The position numbers and the translations under genes are program-made. A DNA stretch of 64,000 bases, taken from assembly GCA_963786345.1 (NCBI GenBank), contig CAWAYZ010000014.1:45557-109556 (forward strand), written 5' to 3'. Source of the stretch: an uncultured Acidimicrobiaceae bacterium. Lineage in GTDB: Bacteria > Actinomycetota > Acidimicrobiia > Acidimicrobiales > Palsa-688. Numbering within the stretch: the stretch's first letter is position 1; the number at the start of each line of letters is the position of its first letter. Shown in pieces: positions 55,893-64,000 of the stretch. The notes beneath the pieces are model-generated. The model searched no databases and had not been told where the DNA came from. It saw nothing but the letters and a program-made list of their open reading frames with translations.

Positions 55893-57565
55893 TTGCCACC
55901 TCCGGGTAATGCCGCCGCCCTAGTGCTGAGCGCCGCGGTGGTAACCTGAGCGTTGGCCTGCAAGCTCGTCGACCCCGTGGAATGGATCGTTGATGTGACC
56001 CACAACGCCTGCAAACCACGCACTCGCGACACTCTGTCGATGAACTGCGCCACAGTTGCCGCGCCGCCGGTGGTCTCCGCGGTCATCTGGACCGTGCCGA
56101 CCACATCGCCGTAGAGGGGCAGCCACTCCCCGCTCGTCGGGGAAGCCGCTTCCGTCTTTGTGAGCGCGATCGACTGAACCGTCACGGAAGGAGGAAGCGC
56201 TTCGCTGATGCGCCGCAACAGCGCAGTCCAACTTATGTCCCCGGACAAAGCATCTTCTGCCAACGCCCGTGTTTGCTTGACTTCGTCCGGCACCTTGGTG
56301 ACGTAACCCAGACTGTCGATCCCGCGCGTAAGCGCACTAGCCTCAGTCTGCGAACTGCGGATCTGGTTGCTGATGCTGTGCGCCGAATTAATTTTGGCGA
56401 AAGAGACGCCTCCCAAAGCGACGGCCACTACAGCGACGCCCGCCAGCGCGCCGACCATTATCCTCTGTTGCTGGCGTTTCGCGAGTATCTCCGCCGGTAG
56501 CAACGACGCCTTCCCATAAACATCCGTCCCCCACAGGGCCAGGCCCACGGCCGTCAGCCACCGGTACGAGGCGTCACTCAGGGCTTGGGCATCTAAGCCC
56601 AATTCCTTGTGGTCGATCTCGAAGCCCAGCTCAGCGAAGTTGACCGGGAGGCTGAGGGCCCTGCTGAGCGCCTCGGTGAGCCCGGGGGCCATTGCTCCTC
56701 CGCCGGTCAGGAGCACGTGTTCGAAACTCTGGCTCTGGCTTTGCGACAGCAGGTACTCCAGGGAACTGCGCACCTCAGACACGATCGACTCCAGGTACAG
56801 CGTGTCAACGGCGGAGCCGACGTGTGCCCCCGGTCGCACCGCGTGCCTCGCCGGGTCAGCGCCGGGTACGGTGGCGAGCGCCTCACTGGAGCCCCGTATC
56901 ATCGCCTCCTCCGGTAACGCCACGGTGCGCACGAAGCGTGGGATACCACCCTCGCGCACGGCGACGGTTACGAGCTGCGCGCCCACGCCGACCACTGCCT
57001 CCATGCCGCCTCCAGGGCCGCTGTGCCCATCGGGCCCTCTCGGAGGCGCCACTGCTCTCAGGAGCGCAAGGGCGGAGGCGTCGATCGACCTCAGACGTAG
57101 CCCGGCCGCCCCCACGACCGCGGCGATGTCAAGCGCCACATCTCGCTGGGCCGCCACCAGTAGGACCCGGCGCTTACCGCTCGAGGCGTCACCCCCGGGC
57201 AGGGGCGAGAAGTCGACCACTGCCTGCTCGACCGGGATCGGCAAGAACTCGCCGATCTTGAACCGCAATGCGGAACGCAACTCGGCATCCGACATCGGCG
57301 GCATCTCAACCTGGCGCACCATCGCCCGCTGGCTGCCCAGACCAACCACGACCGACTTGGTGCTGAAGCGCCCGTGCTGCCAAAGCCGCTTGAGCGCGGT
57401 GGCGACGACCGCCTGGTCGCGTACCTCGCCCTCCACCACGGCACCGGTAGGGAGCCCCACCTGAGCAAACCTGCGTAGCGTCCTTTTATCGCCATCGATC
57501 AGCACTTCGGCGGCACGCACTGCCGACGATCCGATGTCGAGGCCAACACTCACTGTCTTAGGCAT
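55889..57565 (-). CDS. pilM: PilM-PilN fusion protein
   Basis: Actin-like ATPase N-terminus (VGLDIGSSAVRAAEV...) over about 340 aa. A TM segment (IMVGALAGVAVVAVALGGV) and a PilN-like periplasmic part then follow in the same ORF. Confidence 0.85.
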   Translation of the reverse strand: MPKTVSVGLDIGSSAVRAAEVLIDGDKRTLRRFAQVGLPTGAVVEGEVRDQAVVATALKRLWQHGRFSTKSVVVGLGSQRAMVRQVEMPPMSDAELRSALRFKIGEFLPIPVEQAVVDFSPLPGGDASSGKRRVLLVAAQRDVALDIAAVVGAAGLRLRSIDASALALLRAVAPPRGPDGHSGPGGGMEAVVGVGAQLVTVAVREGGIPRFVRTVALPEEAMIRGSSEALATVPGADPARHAVRPGAHVGSAVDTLYLESIVSEVRSSLEYLLSQSQSQSFEHVLLTGGGAMAPGLTEALSRALSLPVNFAELGFEIDHKELGLDAQALSDASYRWLTAVGLALWGTDVYGKASLLPAEILAKRQQQRIMVGALAGVAVVAVALGGVSFAKINSAHSISNQIRSSQTEASALTRGIDSLGYVTKVPDEVKQTRALAEDALSGDISWTALLRRISEALPPSVTVQSIALTKTEAASPTSGEWLPLYGDVVGTVQMTAETTGGAATVAQFIDRVSRVRGLQALWVTSTIHSTGSTSLQANAQVTTAALSTRAAALPGGGK

Positions 57566-57658
57566 GACAAACGCACCTGTCCAATCGAGCTATGTCCACG
57601 GGTACTTATCGGCCGCTTATCCCCGATCCTGTAACGGCTATTGCTCACAACGCGCGCC

Positions 57659-57686
57659 GAAGGCCGGCCCTAAAGGGCCGGCCTTC
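57659..57686 (-). terminator. perfect 12-bp GC hairpin after the major pilin gene
   Basis: GAAGGCCGGCCC-TAAA-GGGCCGGCCTTC lies 38 nt downstream of the pilA stop. There is no U-tract. Confidence 0.5.
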
Positions 57687-57723
57687 GATTGGTCTAATTG
57701 GCTAGCAAAGCGGCTCAGTCAGC

Positions 57724-58332
57724 CTAGAAGTTGCTGTAGAGACCGCTCCAGTCAGCAGGCCACCCGCTGGCTTCCGTAACGGGGGACTTTGAAGCGCTCC
57801 CCGCCGTCGGCGGCGTGGCCGGTAGGAGGGGGGCGGCTGAGGGTGCCGCCGGGCAGCCACCGGTGAAAACGATATACCCGACGTCCGGATTGGCGGTGTT
57901 CGATTGGTCGTCGAGGACAACGTAGCAGTTGGCGTTGCTGGCCAGCGACTCGAGCACCATGATGGTGCCGGTTTGCGTGGCAGCGTTGCTCAGCGTGGCG
58001 TACGTGTTACCTGTTAGTACGAGCACCTCGTTCGTTACGCCAACAGCGCTGGCGGTGTTCCACGGAAGAGCCGGGTCGAGCAGAGCGGCGCCGGCCGCAT
58101 ACGCTGACGAATCAAAGGTCCCGGTCGTGGAGAAGGTGGAAATTTCGCTCGTGGCCGCGTTGGTTGCGTTTGATTCACCAGCAACGCCCTTGGCGCTCTT
58201 GGTGGTGCTTAGGAAGGTCGGGATCGCGATAGCCATCAAGATACCGAGAATGAGTACAACGACCATGAGTTCGATGAGGGTGAAGCCCTCGTCGCCACCT
58301 CGGTGTCGCTTGTCGGACAGGTGCTTGAGCAC
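57724..58332 (-). CDS. pilA: type IV major pilin
   Basis: The leader MLKHLSDKRHRGGDEG is followed by FTLIELMVVVLILGILMAIAIPTF (a canonical class III signal). GTG start with AGGA 8 nt upstream. Confidence 0.85.
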   Translation of the reverse strand: MLKHLSDKRHRGGDEGFTLIELMVVVLILGILMAIAIPTFLSTTKSAKGVAGESNATNAATSEISTFSTTGTFDSSAYAAGAALLDPALPWNTASAVGVTNEVLVLTGNTYATLSNAATQTGTIMVLESLASNANCYVVLDDQSNTANPDVGYIVFTGGCPAAPSAAPLLPATPPTAGSASKSPVTEASGWPADWSGLYSNF

Positions 58333-58556
58333 TTTTTTCCTTTCTATAATGCCTAATAGTTGGTTGCGAGCTTCAGCCCGTGGGCAGCCGGCACAATTGC
58401 CGGAATTTCAGCCAGACCGGCCAGTCGACCCCCCGTCGTACGACGCTGGGCTGCCTGCCCGACTCACCCCCCTATTGGCGGGCTCGCCTTGCTCTGGTCC
58501 TCGCTGCTGTGGTTGTCGGCAGCGAGGTCTCAGACTTGAACGACGGGTTCCGCCAT

Positions 58557-58605
58557 TGCCCGTTTTTACACCAGTGCCCGTTTTACACCGGTGCCCGTTC
58601 CCGTT
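58557..58605. repeat. direct repeats (t/g)tgcccgtttttacacc / gtgcccgttttacacc / gtgcccgttcccgtt between pilC and pilA
   Basis: Read directly from the sequence, adjacent to a 9-bp-stem hairpin at 58499-58527. It may be a regulatory site for pilA, but function is unproven. Confidence 0.6.
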
Positions 58606-58608
58606 CGG

Positions 58609-59841
58609 CTAGCTGCTGCCGTTGATGAGCGTGTCCACCTTGAACATGGGTAGGTAGAGACAGATCACCATGGTGCCAACGCACCCACCCAGGATCACGA
58701 TCATCAGAGGCTCCAGCAGCGATGTCAGAGCGGAGACCGTGCGCTCGATTTCCTCTTCGAGAAATCCTGCAGCTCTACCGAGCATGGCGTCCAGGGCGCC
58801 GGTCTCTTCACCCACCGACATCATCTGCGACACCATCGCCGGGAAGATCGGGTGCTGCGAAAGCCTCGCCGTCATGGTCTCGCCGCGCTGCACCCCCTCG
58901 GCCATGGACTCGACGGCGCGAGCGACCACAATGTTGCTGACCGTCTCCTTGGTGATGTCCAGCGATTCGAGAACGGGGACGCCGGCGCGCAGGAGCGACG
59001 AGAAGGTAGCGCAGAACCGGGCCACCGCAGTCTTGCGCATCAGGCTCCCGAAGATTGGGAGCTTGAGTATTGTTATGTCCCAAGCCGCCTTGCCTTGTGG
59101 TGTCCTGAGCCACCGCTTCAGCAGAATAACGCCGATGACAACGAGGACCAGTATCGGTATGGAGAACTTCACGGCAATATCGGAGACCTTTATCAGTATT
59201 AGAGTAGGGAAAGGCAGCTTGGCGTTGAGGCTCGCATAGATGTTCTTGAACACAGGGACGATGAACAGGATCATTGCCGTCAGTATCAAGCAGACCAGGC
59301 AGAGGACCGTTGCCGGGTAGGCCATGGCGGACTTGATTTTCCCGCGCAGGGCCGCCTGCCTTTCCAACATGGACGACAGGGTGACAAGTGACTGGTCCAA
59401 ACCACCGCTCGCCTCGCCGGCTCGGACCATGGCGACAAATAGCCTGCCGAAGACTTTCGGGTGGCTGGCGAGGGCTTGAGAAAGCGAGACGCCCCGTTCC
59501 ACCTGGCCCCGCACGTCGATGACAATCTTGGCCAAGGCAGGGTTCTCTGTTTGCGTCGTGAGTATGGTCAACGACCGAATGAGCGTAAGGCCGGAGCTGA
59601 TAAGCGTGGCAAACTGGCGGCTGAAAAGAGCGACCTCCTTCAGCGGGACCCGGTTACCAAAACCGGGAATACGGAGCTCCATGTTCATGCCGCCGGCTGA
59701 TTTGGCCTTGATGTTGACCGGCGTGTAACCCATTTCCCGCAGGCGACTGGCCACCAGGGTTTGGTTGTCCGCGTCGAGGGTGCCCTCCACCACCTTGCCA
59801 TTAGTGTCGCGTACCTTGTACGCGTAAGTCGTCTGAGCCAT
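58609..59841 (-). CDS. pilC: type IV pilus platform protein (GspF/PilC family)
   Basis: 410-aa ORF with two T2SSF repeats and three TM segments (FSRQFATLISSGLTLIRSL...FCATFSSLLRAGVPVLESL). Confidence 0.93.
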   Translation of the reverse strand: MAQTTYAYKVRDTNGKVVEGTLDADNQTLVASRLREMGYTPVNIKAKSAGGMNMELRIPGFGNRVPLKEVALFSRQFATLISSGLTLIRSLTILTTQTENPALAKIVIDVRGQVERGVSLSQALASHPKVFGRLFVAMVRAGEASGGLDQSLVTLSSMLERQAALRGKIKSAMAYPATVLCLVCLILTAMILFIVPVFKNIYASLNAKLPFPTLILIKVSDIAVKFSIPILVLVVIGVILLKRWLRTPQGKAAWDITILKLPIFGSLMRKTAVARFCATFSSLLRAGVPVLESLDITKETVSNIVVARAVESMAEGVQRGETMTARLSQHPIFPAMVSQMMSVGEETGALDAMLGRAAGFLEEEIERTVSALTSLLEPLMIVILGGCVGTMVICLYLPMFKVDTLINGSS

Positions 59842-59872
59842 TAGATCTCCCTTTCGCCGCGAGCGACCAACG

Positions 59873-61423
59873 TCATAAGGCCTCGATGAGCCGGCGAAGA
59901 TCTTCGGGGTTGGAGCATCGCTCGATCGCGTCCTTCTGCGTTATCAAACCCTTCTTGGCGAGTTGGGCCAATGTCTGGTCCATCGTCACCATGCCGTGCT
60001 TGGCCCCGGCCTGCATGGCGCTGTAAATCTGGTGCGTTTTGCCCTCGCGGATCAAGTTGCGGACTGCGGGGGTGGCAACGAGGATTTCGCAGGCCACCAC
60101 ACGGCCCTTGCCGCTCGCTTTTGGCAACAACTGCTGGGTCATAATGCCCTGTATCGTCGTCGCTAACTGCGTGCGGATCTGCTGCTGCTGGTGCGCTGGG
60201 AAGACGTCGATCATCCGGTCGATGGACTGTGGGGCATCCTGGGTGTGGAGGGTGGCGAAGACGAGGTGGCCGGTCTCGGCGGCAGTCAACGCGGTGGAGA
60301 TCGTCTCGAGGTCACGGAGCTCGCCGATCAGGATCACGTCGGGGTCCTGGCGCAACACGTGCTTCAAAGCAGTGGCGAAACCCTTGGTGTCCTCACCCAC
60401 TTCTCGTTGGTTCACCAGAGCAGTCTTGTGGTGGTGCAGGTACTCGATCGGGTCCTCCACCGACATGATGTGCAAGGCTTTGGTCTGGTTGATGATGTCG
60501 ATCAGGGAGGCCAGCGTCGTCGACTTGCCCGAACCCGTTGGGCCGGTCACCAACACCAGGCCACGGGGAAGTTCGGCGAACTGGCGCACCTGGAGCGGTA
60601 CCCCCAGTTGCTCCAGGCTCATGATCTCGAAGGGGATGGCGCGGAAAACGGCACCCACGGCGTCACGCTGCTGGAACACGTTCAACCGGAACCGCCCTAC
60701 GCCGGGCACGACATGGGAGGTGTCGAGCTCCAGCTCGGTCTCGAACCGCTCCCGCATGCGCTGCGAAAGGATGTCGTAAATGAGGTCGCGCGTCCTTGAC
60801 GGCGTGAGGACTTCAAATCCTTCGATCGGCCTGAGGGACCCGTCCACTCGGACCGTTGGTGGTAGTCCAGCGGCGAGGTGGAGGTCCGAGCCCCTCAGCT
60901 CGATGACCTTCACCAGCATCTGGTTCACGTGCAACTGGCTCGGTTCGTCGTGCCCACCGCCGAAAGTGGCGGCCGATGTCGCCGGATTGGGCCCGTACAT
61001 CGCCGAGAGCGCCCCGTTGATGTCGGAGCGGGTCGCCAAACAAGCCTTAGCCTTCCAGCCGGTCACCTGGCTGACCACGGTGAGAGCAGCGTCGTCGAGA
61101 GGGTTGTCCGTGGCGACGAGCAGGGTTTCGCCGTCCAACGACAACCCGACAACCATGTGCTTGCGAGCGACGTCAGCTGGGATCACCCCGTCGACAAGCG
61201 GCGACACCGGAGTCGTAGTCGGGTCCCAGAAGGGAAGGTTCAACTGGTCGGCGACAGCCGCCACCAGGTCACGCTCACTTACCAGCCCCTCGGTCGAAAG
61301 GATCTTCGCTAGGGGGACTCCGGTTTCGGACTCCTTCGACAACGCGTACTCAAGAGCGTCCTTGGACAGGACTTTGCGGTTCACGAGGAACTCGCCGACT
61401 TTGCGCGAGGCAGTCTGCATCAC
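59873..61423 (-). CDS. pilT: PilT-type retraction ATPase with an N-terminal T2SSE_N/MshEN-like domain
   Basis: The C-terminal 350 aa are PilT-like (GSDLHL, RFRLNVFQQR, GPTGSGKSTT, VEDPIEY, ILIGELRD, ETGHLVFATLHT, AVRNLIREGK). The N-terminal approximately 150 aa resemble the GspE N-terminal domain (VGEFLVNRKVLSKDAL...LAKILSTEGLVSERDLVAAVADQ...LLVATDNP). Confidence 0.93.
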   Translation of the reverse strand: MMQTASRKVGEFLVNRKVLSKDALEYALSKESETGVPLAKILSTEGLVSERDLVAAVADQLNLPFWDPTTTPVSPLVDGVIPADVARKHMVVGLSLDGETLLVATDNPLDDAALTVVSQVTGWKAKACLATRSDINGALSAMYGPNPATSAATFGGGHDEPSQLHVNQMLVKVIELRGSDLHLAAGLPPTVRVDGSLRPIEGFEVLTPSRTRDLIYDILSQRMRERFETELELDTSHVVPGVGRFRLNVFQQRDAVGAVFRAIPFEIMSLEQLGVPLQVRQFAELPRGLVLVTGPTGSGKSTTLASLIDIINQTKALHIMSVEDPIEYLHHHKTALVNQREVGEDTKGFATALKHVLRQDPDVILIGELRDLETISTALTAAETGHLVFATLHTQDAPQSIDRMIDVFPAHQQQQIRTQLATTIQGIMTQQLLPKASGKGRVVACEILVATPAVRNLIREGKTHQIYSAMQAGAKHGMVTMDQTLAQLAKKGLITQKDAIERCSNPEDLRRLIEAL

Positions 61424-61541
61424 TGTCTTGTCGGCTCCGCTGCAGATGACCTTGATAGACGTCGTCCCTTTTGGGAAGATCGACCTTCACAACACAGGCC
61501 GGCCCGTGCGAGGCAGGGCGGAGCGCGAGACGGCGGAATTA

Positions 61542-62768
61542 CTAGCCTGCGGCGGAGAGGTCGCTGTCTTCGAGCAGCCCGCACACCTCGGTTGCCCAAG
61601 CCAATGCTCCCAGGTAGCTGCGCTCGAGGCTCTCGAGGCTCAGCCCGCAACGGAGCCGGAGGTCCCCGGCCCCCGTCTCCCAGGCGAGCCCGTCAGCCAG
61701 GATGCCCCCGAGCGGCCCGACCTTTTCGAGCACGGCGTCGACGAGCTCGTCGGCCAATTGCAGTGTGCTCACGATGCCAGCGATGGGCGCGGCCAGGAGG
61801 AGCTCGAGGGCGGAAACCAGGCCCACGGTGAACGCCGAGTCCGAAAGCCTGGGAGCCACCTTCGTCGCCATCAGTTCGCACATGCGCGCACGCGTCATCG
61901 TTATGTGCAGCTGCTCGGTCGCCCCGCCGCCCGTGCCTGAGAGCAGCATTAGCGTCACCAAGGCTCGGAGGCGCTGGTGGCCGAGCAAGACGACGCCCTC
62001 GCGGACCGAGCTGATCCGCCGGTACATGCCACCCGCTGCGCCTTGGCCAGCGAGCCGCAGGAACCGGTAACTGAGTGCGGGGTCAGTCTCCACAATGCGC
62101 TGGATGTCGTTCGCGTCGGCGTTTGGGTCTGAGAGCTGGCTCACCACGTTCAAGCAGGTAACCCGGGCCGGAGTGAGACCTTGCCCCTCGGCGACCTCCG
62201 GCCGTGAGAGCAAGTACCCCTGGAACAGTTCGAAGCCGAGATCCCGGCAGTAGTTCATCTGGTCATGGGTTTCCACTTTTTCCGCTATGAGGTCCACACC
62301 GAGCGCGGCGCAGCTTTCGACATTCAGCGCGAGCTGCAGTTTTGACAGCGCGAATGCGTCCAGCTTGACGGTCGAGACGAGCTCGACCAGAGGGCCGTTG
62401 GGCTCGACGTAGCCGTGGGCGTCCAGAGCCAGGGTGTAGCCCTGCTCCGCAATGCGGCGACAACCGGCTACCGCCTCCGCGTCGTCGGTGAGGCTGTCGA
62501 AGAACTCGATGACGGTCTGCTCCGGCGGGAAGGGGATCTCCAGGTCGCCAACAAGGAACGGCCGGCTGACCTTGACGAAAGCGAGCTTGTCCCCGACGAT
62601 GCTTTGCAGGCCGCCTTCCAGCCCACGTCGCCCGATGACGTCGGCGGTTATCGTCTCGCCTCCAGGGCTCTTGGCGCCCGGGCCCCGGAAAACAAGTTCA
62701 TAGCCACGGACATCCAGCTCTGTACCGAATATCGGCTGGCGGCCGACCATGAACGTGCTCACAGCCAC
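61542..62768 (-). CDS. EAL-HDOD two-domain protein (EAL motifs degenerate)
   Basis: QPIF...YELVFR, AEKVET and FQGYLLSRP are kept. The DDFG position reads DAHG and the metal-binding Asn position reads K. The C-terminal HDOD-like part reads IVETDPALSYRFLRLA...VVLLGHQRLRALV. Confidence 0.8.
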   Translation of the reverse strand: MAVSTFMVGRQPIFGTELDVRGYELVFRGPGAKSPGGETITADVIGRRGLEGGLQSIVGDKLAFVKVSRPFLVGDLEIPFPPEQTVIEFFDSLTDDAEAVAGCRRIAEQGYTLALDAHGYVEPNGPLVELVSTVKLDAFALSKLQLALNVESCAALGVDLIAEKVETHDQMNYCRDLGFELFQGYLLSRPEVAEGQGLTPARVTCLNVVSQLSDPNADANDIQRIVETDPALSYRFLRLAGQGAAGGMYRRISSVREGVVLLGHQRLRALVTLMLLSGTGGGATEQLHITMTRARMCELMATKVAPRLSDSAFTVGLVSALELLLAAPIAGIVSTLQLADELVDAVLEKVGPLGGILADGLAWETGAGDLRLRCGLSLESLERSYLGALAWATEVCGLLEDSDLSAAG

Positions 62769-62809
62769 ATCGCTGCAGTATTACTGCCCTCGTCCGTCAT
62801 ACCACTGAT

Positions 62810-64000
62810 TTAGGCGATCACTCGTAGGACCTCGTCGAGCGAGGTAATACCGGCTGCCGCCCCCATAAGGCCGGCGTGGCGCAGCGTCAGCATCCCGTCC
62901 GCTATCGCGGATTTCCTGATCTCGTCGGCATGTGCGTGCTCGACGATCATGCGTTCTATCTCTTCGTTGACATTGAGCACCTCGTGGACAGCGAACCGTC
63001 CCGCGTAACCGGTCTTGCCGCAGACCTGGCACCCAACCGAACGGAAGAGCTGCTCCGGGATCTCTACCATGCTCAGATCCCAGCCCATTGCCGCCAATGT
63101 GTCCCTTTCCACCGGGAATGGCTGCTTGCAGCGCTCGCACAATTTGCGCGCCAAGCGCTGGGCGACGATGCAGTCGAGCGCGCTCCCCACCAGAAAGGGC
63201 TCGACCCCCATCTCGATGAGGCGGTTAGGCGTCGTGGATGCATCGTTGGTGTGGATAGTGGAAAGCACGAGGTGACCGGTCAACGCAGCCTCGACGGCGA
63301 TCGTGGCCGTTTCGCGGTCCCTTATTTCCCCGACGAGGATTATGTCGGGGTCTGACCGCAGGATCGTCCTCAAGGCAGACGCGAAAGTGAGCCCTGCCTT
63401 GTTGTTCACCTGGATCTGGTTTATGCCGTCGAGCTGGTACTCGACCGGGTCCTCGACCGTGATCACGTTCTTGGAAGGCAGATTGAGGATATTGAGAGTC
63501 GCGTAGAGGGTGGTCGTCTTGCCCGAGCCCGTGGGGCCGGTGACGAGTATGGTGCCGTACGGCTTGTTGTACGACTCCTCGTACCGGCGCATGTTTGAGG
63601 GTTGGAAGCCGAGCTCTGACAAGCGCAGTTCCGCCTGGTTCTTGTCGAGGATCCGCATGACGACCTTCTCGCCGTTGACCGTCGGGAGGGTGGCGACCCG
63701 CAGGTCCACCGGCCGTCCGTCGATGGTCGTGCTGATCCGGCCGTCCTGGGGTATACGGCGCTCGGCGATGTTTATGTCGGCCATCACCTTGAGCCGGCTG
63801 ATCATGCCGTTTTGGATGTTCCGCGGCGAACGCATTACCTCGTGGAGCACACCGTCGATCCGGTACCGGATGCGTACGTCCTTGCCGGTCGGCTCGACGT
63901 GGATGTCAGAGGCATGGTCGGTGATCGCCTGGCTGATGAGGAGGTTGACAAGGCGTACGATCGGCGCGTCCTCGCGGACCTCTTTGATGTTTGTGAGGCG
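62810..64000 (-). CDS. pilB: type IV pilus assembly ATPase PilB (GspE family), 5' partial
   Basis: The frame is open to the window edge (EDAPIVRLVNLLISQAI...DIHVEP...RIRYRIDGVL). It has Walker A GPTGSGKTTT, VEDPVEY, ILVGEIRD, and the tetracysteine CERC...CQVC. Confidence 0.93.
   Translation of the reverse strand, partial: RLTNIKEVREDAPIVRLVNLLISQAITDHASDIHVEPTGKDVRIRYRIDGVLHEVMRSPRNIQNGMISRLKVMADINIAERRIPQDGRISTTIDGRPVDLRVATLPTVNGEKVVMRILDKNQAELRLSELGFQPSNMRRYEESYNKPYGTILVTGPTGSGKTTTLYATLNILNLPSKNVITVEDPVEYQLDGINQIQVNNKAGLTFASALRTILRSDPDIILVGEIRDRETATIAVEAALTGHLVLSTIHTNDASTTPNRLIEMGVEPFLVGSALDCIVAQRLARKLCERCKQPFPVERDTLAAMGWDLSMVEIPEQLFRSVGCQVCGKTGYAGRFAVHEVLNVNEEIERMIVEHAHADEIRKSAIADGMLTLRHAGLMGAAAGITSLDEVLRVIA

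Noticed and set aside
1-64000. A prophage, integrative element or defence island (integrase, transposase, restriction-modification, toxin-antitoxin genes).
   Set aside because: None were recognised. The only mobile-type trace is the short HNH remnant at 10994-11149.

Overview
Visibly high-GC, gene-dense chromosomal segment with Actinomycetota-type core synteny. No GC value was computed and no database search was possible. All calls come from reading the ORF translations and the nucleotide text.

Gene order, left to right:
- Plus strand: tal-zwf-opcA-pgl, then a LOG-family gene.
- MarR/YceI divergent pair, an M20 peptidase, and several small or hypothetical genes.
- 9.7-12.1 kb: a short stretch that looks like gene decay (a frameshifted secreted-protein gene, an HNH remnant, an ester-cyclase paralog remnant).
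- Minus strand, classic actinobacterial block: priA-metK-coaBC-rpoZ-gmk-mihF-pyrF-pyrD-carB-carA-pyrC-pyrB-pyrR-nusB-efp-(Xaa-Pro peptidase).
- The aro operon (aroQ / aroB-aroK / aroC) is broken up by inserted modules: purU, a YcaQ-like gene, an oxidoreductase and a sugar isomerase; a fragmented SMC-like coiled-coil gene; a four-gene conservon (cvnABCD-like); a prepilin peptidase; and a TetR / GGDEF-EAL divergent pair.
- Right-hand 14 kb: a complete monoderm-style type IV pilus locus, pilB-(EAL-HDOD)-pilT-pilC-pilA-pilMN-pilO plus three minor pilin-like genes, two of them over 800 aa.

Most notable observations:
1. c-di-GMP-type modules are built into the pilus motor operon: a PilT carrying an MshEN-like N-terminal domain, and a degenerate EAL-HDOD gene between pilB and pilT.
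2. Two giant repeat-bearing minor pilins.
3. At least eight single-base frame lesions or an in-frame stop, several in normally indispensable genes (priA, carB, pyrB) and several at GGGCCC-type run junctions. I read these as probable consensus errors rather than real pseudogenes.
4. Many short tandem duplications sit exactly on gene termini, including stop-codon-spanning duplications.

No tRNA, rRNA, CRISPR array, integrase or intact transposase was recognised.
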